From: Octopus vulgaris | Taxonomy: Eukaryota | Direction: 5' to 3' | Length of the DNA: 64,000 nt | Assembly: GCA_951406725.2 (NCBI GenBank) | Contig: OX597830.1 | Span: forward strand, 23,808,001 to 23,872,000 | Shown: one piece after another, positions 55,460-64,000 of the stretch | Numbering within the stretch: position 1 is the first letter of the stretch | Layout of the letters: every line of letters starts with the position of its first letter | Notes under the pieces: generated by a model | Seen by the model: only the letters and a program-made list of their open reading frames with translations | What the model was told of the DNA's origin: nothing | Databases searched by the model: none | Position numbers and translations under genes: made by a program

Positions 55460-56170
55460 ATGTATACATGCATTCATATATACATGCATACAAATATATG
55501 TAGACATATACAGAAACGCACGGACATACATACATACATACATACATACACACATATACATACATACATGCATACATACATGGTATACATATACATACAT
55601 ACACACACACGTACATAGTACGTACATGCATACATAATTCATACATGCATACATACAAACGCATGCATACATACATAGACACATACATACATGCATACAT
55701 ATATATATACATGCATTCATATGTACATGCATACACACACGTACATATATACATACATGCATACATAAATACATACATACACCTACATACATACATGCAT
55801 ACATACAAACGCATGTATACATAGATAGATACTTAGATACATACATGCATGCATACATACATATATACATACATACATGCATTCATACATACATACATAC
55901 ATACATACATACATACATACATACATTCATACATACATACATACACACACACGTACATACATACATGCATACGTACATAAATATATATATATATACACGT
56001 ACATACATACATGCTTACATGCCTGCATACAAACAAACGCATACATATATACATACATATATGCATGCATACTCTATATGTACATGCATGCGTACATACA
56101 TAGATACATAGATAAATACATATATACATTCATACATACGTTCTTACGTACTACATACATTTATATATAC
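55460..56170. repeat. Degenerate (CATA)n field
   Basis: Read directly. Confidence 0.92.
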
Positions 56171-56776
56171 ACGGTGGCTTTGAACTCGTGGAAGTGTATG
56201 ACAAATTATATTATTCTAGATATCAAAGACAATGCCTGTGGGCAATGATATGAACTCAAAATCAATAATAGCTTACACAGTACAACCATGACACTCACCT
56301 ACAAAACCAAGCAGTCCACAACGAACTAAGAACATGATCTTCCGCTTCGCAACGAGGCGGATATCACTTTGAAATTTCTTTGTCATGGAGAGGTGTCTAA
56401 AAAAAGATTAGGGCTCTCTCATTCCTGACTGTTGGAGGAACGTTGACACTGCGGAGACCGAGGTCAACGCTCTTTCGAGTGTTTGCGGTTTTCATCTGCC
56501 TGCAGCGTCCAATGAAAGCTGCCCTCCTTACCAAGCACCATAATACATTTACTGGTTCAATCACCGACGGCTCAGAAAAGCCACAAGTTGTACTTGGTTA
56601 ACTATTAGAAGTAGCACTAAGAGGACTTGACATAGTACTCATATATACATACATACAATCATGCATACATAAATACATACATGCATTCACACACATACAT
56701 TGCATGCATACATACAAACATACGTATATACATACATACATACATACATACATACATACATACATACATACATACA

Positions 56777-56810
<34 letters not shown>

Positions 56811-57040
56811 CAAACAAAAATACCCTGATGTTGATGTTGAAATTCCAATGGATCTAGGTTAGAAACCGGCTGTTCCTCTATTGACAAGAAATCTTGAAAT
56901 AAACTGAACAATGACATACATACATACATACATACATACATACATACATACACACATACACACATACATACATACATACATACATACATACATACATACA
57001 TACATACATACATACATACATACATACATACATACATACA

Positions 57041-57072
<32 letters not shown>

Positions 57073-57076
57073 AATA

Positions 57077-57970
57077 CAGGCTGTAGTGAATATATTGTCG
57101 TCTAAATTACATAAAAATGAAAATAATACTGACATCTCATTTTTACAGATATTTACCAAAATTACATAAAAATATCTTGAAATACTAAACAGAAAATTTA
57201 TTCGATAAAATCACCATTAGCTTCACCCACGGCTTCCAGATGACTTTGGAATCTCCTGCAACTCTTTTGCACAGTCTCCATGTTTACGTTCGTCAATGCT
57301 GCCATATTCCTTGCCTTCAGTTCATCTTTGGTGTTAGGATTTTTGTTACTCTCTCGCTCAATTTTGTCCCACATGTAATAATCAAGAGGGTTGCAGTCTG
57401 GGGAGTTAGGTGGCCAGATTTTAGGGGCGATGTTGTCACTGAAATTGTCTTAGTAATGACTGGGTTCCCCTGCTTGTTTTGCACGGTGCAGAGTCCTGTT
57501 GCCAGACATAGTCATCCAGCAGCCACCCTCTTGACCCATGGCACCACCACCTCTTCCTGGCATGGCACCACCACCTCCTCCTGGCATGGCAGTTGATGTA
57601 GGCCTCCGTGTTGAGTTTGAGGCCGTGTGGGAAGATGAATGGAGGCATAACGTCGCCATCACTAATGATCACTTCAATCACCATGATGTTGACTGGATAT
57701 TTGAATTTCATCACTCTCAGTACATATCCACGGATTGACACCCAAACATTGTGAAATGTTCGTATCGGAGCTTCCGGCGCGAATGCAAAGCAGTACAGCA
57801 TATTGTTTCGAAACTTCTGACAGAGTGACTTGAATCATGGTGCTGTTTTTCTAACAGACGGTTCCCAACTGACCCTAGTATACTGTGTAGGCAACACAAT
57901 CAAAAAGAAAAACTGCACATGAGCGAAGTTCAAAAATATAAAATGGTGACAACATACTCATCGCACGCTG
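57077..57970 (-). mobile_element. maT (DD37D)-like internally deleted element, copy 2, TA TSD on both sides
   Basis: TA|CAGGCTGTAGTGAATATATTGTC ... GACAACATACTCATCGCACGCTG|TA. Translation YVWQQDSAPCKTSRGTQSLL-DNFSDNIAPKIWPPNSPDCNPLD gives 37 residues between the aspartates if one codon is restored at the frameshift. Confidence 0.9.
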
Positions 57971-57997
<27 letters not shown>

Positions 57998-58002
<5 letters not shown>

Positions 58003-58141
58003 ACTGGTACTTATTTAATCGACCCCGAAAGGATGAAAGGCAAAGTCGACCCCCTCGGAATTTGAATTCAGAACGTAACGGCAGACGAAATGCTGATAAG
58101 CATTTCGCCCGGCGTGCTGACGTTTCCGCCAGCTCACCGCC

Positions 58142-58142
<1 letters not shown>
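57998..58142 (-). mobile_element. SINE-A, 3'-truncated (another partial copy at 58803-58972)
   Basis: Near-consensus head and central domain. Confidence 0.88.
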
Positions 58143-58205
<63 letters not shown>

Positions 58206-59399
58206 TACACATACACACACACACACACACGCACACACACACACACACACGGAATCAATGAAATAGAAGGTTCCAATGAATCTAATATACTTGTCTCATC
58301 GTCTCACTATTGACTCCACCAGCACCACCACACTACCACCACCACCACCACTACCTCCACCAACATTGCCATTACCAACACCACTGCTACCACTACAATC
58401 AACACATAAATGTCAAATCCTTTAAAAAAGATTCTCCGCATTGATTGAAATTAAAAACTCAAAATGCTGTACTATAGTATTAGAAGACATACAAGGGAAA
58501 ATGGCTTCATCGGACTAAGGAACGGGAGAGTCGATCAGAGTTATGCACCATCAGGGTCAGCCGAGGGCTAAACAACAGCAAAACAAAACCACATTATATA
58601 TATATTTTTTGAAGCAAACTAAAAGAATCAATATTTTAAGAAATGATAGATTGCTTGTGTTGTGGACTGTTGTTGTTAAGTAAGAACTTTAGTCGGTTTT
58701 TTTCCGAGTCTTGGGAATAATTGTGGTTATAAATCAATAAAGGAGATTTTTTTGAAAGATATTTGAAGTTATGTTTTTTCTTCTTTTAAGAGACATAATA
58801 TACTTTTCTACTCTAGGCACAAGGCCCGGAATTTTTGGAGAGGGGACCGGTCAATTAGATCGACCTCAGTACGCAACTGGTACTTAATTTATCGACCCCG
58901 AAAGGATGAAAGGCAAACTGGACCTCGGTGGAATTTGATCTCAGAACGTAAAGACCGACGAAATATCGCTAATATAAGCGTAGATGTGTGGTTAAGGAGT
59001 TTGTTTTCCAATCCCGTGGTTTCTGGTTCGATTCTTCTTATTACCTGGCAGTTTAGCATCAGCATTTGATCAATGTCTTGTCATGTGAGGTAACTTTCGT
59101 AAGGGAAAAAATAAGCAGCATCCAGACGTGAATGTATGTGTTTTAGCTTTTGCTTGTTTCAGTCATTAGACTGCGGCTGTGCTGGAGCAGCGCCTTGTAG
59201 AATTTTTAACCGAATAAATCAACCCCAGCACTTATATTTTGAAACCTAGTACTAATTCTGTTGGTCTCTATTTGATCAACCGCTAATTTGGAGGTATGTA
59301 AATACACCAGGGACGATTGTCAAAAGATGGAGGCATTGTGCGTGGCAGGGGGACAAACAGTACCAACACACTCACACATATAATATTTACATATTTGTA

Positions 59400-59595
59400 C
59401 GAGGTGGTGTTGAAAACTTCCAGGATTTAAGAGTGAGGCGAAAGTCCTGACTGGAGGACAAACCTTTACGAAAAACTGAAGAACCGTCGCAATAAGTGTA
59501 TGAATCTGTGAAAGCAAAAAGTTGCATAAAATCAGAATCCTCTGATCCTCCTGTATTTTCTTTTACTCCAAACCTGGAACTTTCAGCACCCTTCG
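59400..59595 (+). mobile_element. Mariner-derived MITE, TA TSD
   Basis: TA|CGAGGTGGTGTTGAAAACTTCCAGG ... CCTGGAACTTTTCAGCACCCTTCG|TA. The internal LKNRRNKCMNL*KQKVA* resembles the mariner C-terminus L..RW.KC....G.YVE. Confidence 0.82.
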
Positions 59596-59617
59596 TACAT
59601 ACACACACACACATATA

Positions 59618-59782
59618 GGCGCAGGAGTGGCTGTGTGATAAGAAGATCGCTTCCCAACCACATGGTTCCGGATTCAGTCCCATTGCGTGGCATTTTTGGC
59701 AAGTGTCTTCTGCTATAGCCTCAGGCTGACCAAAGGCTTGTGAGTGGATTTGGTAGACGGAAACTGAAAGAAGCGCGTCGTA
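59618..59782 (+). mobile_element. SINE-B 5' half
   Basis: Consensus head through GAAAGAAGCGCGTCG then (TA)n; no 3' half follows. Confidence 0.88.
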
Positions 59783-59927
59783 TATATATATATATATATA
59801 TATATACAAATGTGGGCAAAAGGACCACGTAAAACCACGTACCCAGAGGTTCTATAATCAGAAGCATCCCCCACCTAGCAACCCACCAGAGTCTGACGAT
59901 CCAAATGAAATCGAGGAGAAGCCAACG

Positions 59928-60079
59928 CTGTGAGAGAAAGTTGCGGCGAAAGGGTACAGCAGGGATCGCCACCACACCCTGCCGGAGCCTCGTGGAGCTT
60001 TTGGTGTTTTCGTTCAATAAACACTCACAACGCCCGGCCTGGGAATCGAAACCTAACCAATGGGCCATTGCGCCTCCAC
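59928..60079 (-). mobile_element. SINE-C 5' part with deletion between A and B boxes
   Basis: Homologous to 39775-39955. Confidence 0.85.
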
Positions 60080-60081
60080 TA

Positions 60082-60170
<89 letters not shown>

Positions 60171-61301
60171 ATATGTGTGGGTGTGTGTTTAATAGTGCGT
60201 GAGTGTGTGTACACTCACACAACTTACTTGAGAGTGTAACTGCAGGTAAGATTTTGGAATCATTTATTTGGTCTCAGACGTAAATGCTTTCGAGCAACTC
60301 GGCTAAAAAACTGATCCTAAACCTCTTTCAAATCCCACTCTACAGGCTTTAAGCAATGATAGCACCAACTGGTCAATGTAAACATGGCCATATGCGCAGA
60401 CGCGATACATGTTGGGTCGGAGATCCCTTGAGGCTAACTGTTATCATCATCATCGTCACCATCGTCATCGTCATCATCATCATCTTAAGCAACATCCCCA
60501 CCAGCACGGCAAGTACTACCACTACCAATGCCATCATCGTCGCCGTCGTCGTCATCATCATGATAATTATCATCACCAACAACCATCACTAACCCCCATT
60601 GCCATCACCACCACCCACCTCACTATCATCTTCATCCACATACCCCTCCTACTACCCCTCTTCCTAATTCTCATCATCACCTCCAACACCAGCATCCCCG
60701 TCATACTGATCAACTACTTTATTATCATCGTCGTCGTCGTTGTCATCATCATCAACATCATCAACACGAACCTTAACATCAACAACAAAAATAATTACCA
60801 CAACAAGAAATATCAATTCGTCATCAATATTTTAGAAGAAATTCTAAACGTAGAACAATTTGTTTTTGTACAATAAATAAAAACCAAAATCACAATTCTT
60901 GCTAAATTAGGAACATATTTTGGTTAGCACCATAGAATGGTTGCGTGACCGAAATTTTTTTCTAATATTTGGAAATCTTCTAAATGACTCCAAATATATA
61001 ATTTCTTCGGGAAAGATTTTTAAAAAAAATGTAAATTAACAATAAAATATAATAAAATAAATACAATATATTATTAAAAAATATTAAAAAATTTAATTAG
61101 ATAGTTCCATAGAACTGGTTTGGTAATTATGATATTCTCAAAATTTTCGAAATAGTTGAATGGATCCAAAATATAATCTTTATTTTTGGTGAAAAGGTGA
61201 AATATCGTTCTTTGCATTCTCTGGGAATATTAAGTCTTTTTTGACTAAATATAACAAGCAACGAAAAGAAAACAAAAAAAGAAATAAAACCTACATAGAG
61301 A

Positions 61302-61478
61302 AGCGCAGGCATGGATGTGTGGTAAGAAGCTTGTTTCCTGACTATATGGTTCCGGGTTCAGTCTCACTGTGTAGCACCATTGGGAACTATTGTCTACTGA
61401 AACCTCGGGCAGACCAAAGCCAAGTGAGTATATTTTGTTAGATGAAAACTGAAAGAAGCCCTTCATGTATATATATAA

Positions 61479-61566
<88 letters not shown>

Positions 61567-61748
61567 CTGTGTTTTTCTGTCCACAACCGGTTTTGTTGTG
61601 TTTACGTCCCAACAAGACTGAAAATAGTAAGTGGCGGACTTATAGAATAAAATTAGTACTGAGGTCGGTTCGTCCGAGTAAACCCTTCCAAGCAGTGCCC
61701 CAGCATAGCCGCAGTCCGATGACTGAAATAAATGAGATAGAAGAAAAG
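61302..61748 (+). mobile_element. SINE-B diverged full copy
   Basis: Both halves around (TA)n(TG)n. Confidence 0.82.
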
Positions 61749-61872
61749 ATAACCCATTGGTAATTTGAATATGCATATGTATGAACGCGTGGCCCAGTGG
61801 TTAGAGGTGTTATACCTATAAAGAGTAGATTTTGGGTTCAAATCTCGGAGCGAGTGGCGCGTTGTGACTTTA

Positions 61873-62665
61873 TTTCTTTTTCTACTCTAGGCACAAGGCT
61901 CGAAATTTTGGGGGAGGGGTGCCAGTCAATTAGATCGACCCAGTGCGTAACTGGTACTTAATTTATCGACCTCGAAAGGATGAAAGGCAAAGTCGATCTC
62001 GGCGGAATTTGAAGTCAGAATGTAAAAACAGACGAAATACCTATTTCTTTACTACCCACAAGGGGCTAAACACAGAGAGGACAGACAAACGGATTAAGTC
62101 GATTACATCGACGCCAGTGCGTAACTGGTACTTATTTAATCGACCTCGAAAGGATGAAATGCAAAGTCGACCTAGGCGGAATTTGAACTTAGAACGAAGC
62201 GGCAGACGAAATATCGTTAAGCATTTCGCCCGGCGTGCTAACGTTTCTTATTTCTTTACTACCCACTAGGGGTTACGCACAGAGAGCACAAACAAGGTCA
62301 GACAAACGGATTAAGTCGATTATATCGACCCCAGTGCGTAACTGGTACTTATTTAATCGACCCCGAAAGGATGAAAGGCAAAGTCAACCTCGGCGGAATT
62401 TGAACTCGGAACGTAACGGCAGACGAAATACCTATTTCTTTATTACCCACAAGGGGCTAAACACAGAGGGGACAAACAAGGACAGACATAGGTATTAAGT
62501 CGATTACATCGACCCCAGTGCGTAACTGGTACTTAATTTATCGACCCCGAAAGGATGAAAGGCAAAGTCGACCTCGGCGGAATTTGAACTCACAACGTAG
62601 CGACAGACGAAATACCGCTAAACATTTCGCCCGGCGTGCTAACATTTCTGCCTGCTCGCCGCCTT
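61873..62665 (-). mobile_element. SINE-A four-unit array inside one 14-bp TSD, inserted in a SINE-D-like head (61783-61872)
   Basis: TSD GCGTTGTGACTTTA at 61859-61872 and 62666-62679; junctions at ~62041, ~62248 and ~62432. Confidence 0.95.
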
Positions 62666-62991
62666 GCGTTGTGACTTTAATGAAAGGCAAATAATAAAGC
62701 ATGCAAATAATGTTTTTAGAGAGCTTTACTCTTAACATTTTTTCAGTGTATTCAATTTTCTGAGCGGTAGCCTCTAGATTGAGCAAAATTTCCTGCTCTT
62801 TCTTGTAAGTAGAACAGCAATGTAGGAGTGTGCTTGTTTATTCGACTGAGTTACCTTGAGACAGATACCATAGGAAGATGATATACAGCGTCACAAATTT
62901 CTATAAATACCTTGCGTATATGTAATTCACTACTATTTCTCGAAATGGATTCCATGAGTCGATACATTCACATCAACAATATATAGGCACC

Positions 62992-63374
62992 GTGGAGGCG
63001 CAATGGCCCAGTGGTTAGGGCAGCGGATTCGCGGTCGTGGGATCGCGGTTTCGATTCCCAGACCGGGCGTTGTGAGTGTTTATTGAGCGAAAGCACCTAA
63101 AGCTCCACGAGGCTCCGACAGGGATGGTGGTGATCCCTGCTGTACTCTTTCACCACAACTTTCTCTTACTTCCTGTTTCTGTTGTACCTGTATTTCAAAG
63201 GGCCGGCCTTGTCACTCTCTGTGTCACGCTGAATATCCCCCAGAACTACGTTAAGGGTACACGTGTCTGTGGAGTGCTCAGCCACTTACACGTTAATTTC
63301 ACGAGCATGCTGTTCCGTTGATCGGATCAACCGGAACCCTCGTCGTCGTAACCGACGGAGTGCTTCCTTTTTCC
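62992..63374 (+). mobile_element. SINE-C full young copy with TSD
   Basis: TSD TATAGGCACC(GT) at 62982-62991 and 63375-63384; nearly identical to 39775-40157. Confidence 0.95.
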
Positions 63375-63780
63375 TATAGGCACCGTTCGTCTGTCTTCAC
63401 AGAGTTCAAATATGTCGAGGTCAGAAGTTCAAATTCTGAGTTCAGAGTTCAATTTCTGCTGAGGTTGACTTTGCCTTTCATCTTTCGGGGTTGATAAAAG
63501 AAGTACCAGTTGAACCCCTGGGGTCAATGTAATCGACTAACGCCATTCCTCAAATTTACTGGCCTTGGGTCGAAACTTGAAACCAATATATAGACAGTGA
63601 GCTGCACCAGGGTATATTTCATCTTCTTTCGGCAGCGGCGGCATGACCCAAGCAGGAATAGGGTTATGCTTATGTGCCAGCCACACAGGCAGAGTGCTTA
63701 TAACTATCCTTTTTATTCATTAACCTAAACGTTTATCTGTACACACACACGACAGTGTCATGTATGTGTGTGTGTATGTA

Positions 63781-64000
63781 CTAGCTGAAATACCCGGCGT
63801 TGCCTCCGTTAGTGACTCAGAAAATTAACAGTAACATCGCAAAGCTCTTTTCTAACTTATAGTAAATATTAAAAAAAAACAAAAAAAAAAACACTCAAAG
63901 AAATTTCGGACTAAGAACTCTTTGTAGACCTTTATATTTTTCTGCTTTTAAGAAAAATGTTTGATATCCATATTCCAAACATGCAAGTTCAATTTCGTAA
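63781..64000 (-). mobile_element. Helitron-type 3' end (extent beyond the terminus uncertain)
   Basis: A|CTAGCTGAAATACCCGGCGTTGC is the antisense of the hairpin-CTAG|T terminus seen at 1995-2022. A weaker similar end lies at 44200-44230. Confidence 0.6.

Noticed and set aside
56260-56630. Less AT-rich unique-looking segments as candidate exons or LINE remnants (also 19380-19960, 21530-21815, 37960-38250, 60240-60440)
   Set aside because: No convincing reading frame, motif or splice pair could be established by eye; BLASTX and RNA-seq would be needed.
61943-62498. Recurrent peptide MRNWYL.NRPRKDERQSRPRRNLNSER (also 3994, 7133, 22057)
   Set aside because: Antisense reading of SINE-A; the recurrence reflects repeat copy number, not a gene family.
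61873-62665. CRISPR-like or retrozyme-like regular array
   Set aside because: Units are ~170-210-bp SINE bodies without unique spacers, there are no cas genes, and I found no hammerhead core in SINE-A on either strand.

Overview
This 64-kb window is AT-rich eukaryotic non-coding DNA (intronic or intergenic). It is most likely from an octopus or related cephalopod, inferred only from the SINE families and the extreme microsatellite load. I can support no host protein-coding exon. Nearly all ORFs in the supplied track are translations of microsatellites or of SINE strands. The window is a mosaic of: (1) at least four tRNA-headed SINE families, labelled A-D here as working names; (2) decayed DNA transposons, namely two copies of a DD37D maT-like deletion derivative, a DD37E TRT-like Tc1 element, a mariner MITE, an 8-bp-TSD MITE, a decayed Helitron Rep-helicase and non-autonomous Helitron/Helentron-type elements; (3) non-LTR retroelement remnants, namely a Penelope-like GIY-YIG endonuclease, an R4/Dong-like restriction-like endonuclease C-terminus in (TAA)n, and RTE tails; (4) very many microsatellites. 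Three signals stand out. A near full-length U6 snRNA copy is fused to the 3' stem-loop tail of a local SINE. Minimal hammerhead-ribozyme-like motifs occur in microsatellite-embedded, often inverted Penelope-type termini. SINE-A head-to-tail arrays have fixed junctions and a consistent young-to-old polarity, suggesting self-targeted insertion. All alignments and translations were done by eye and reference motifs were recalled from memory. Boundaries are approximate unless a TSD is quoted.
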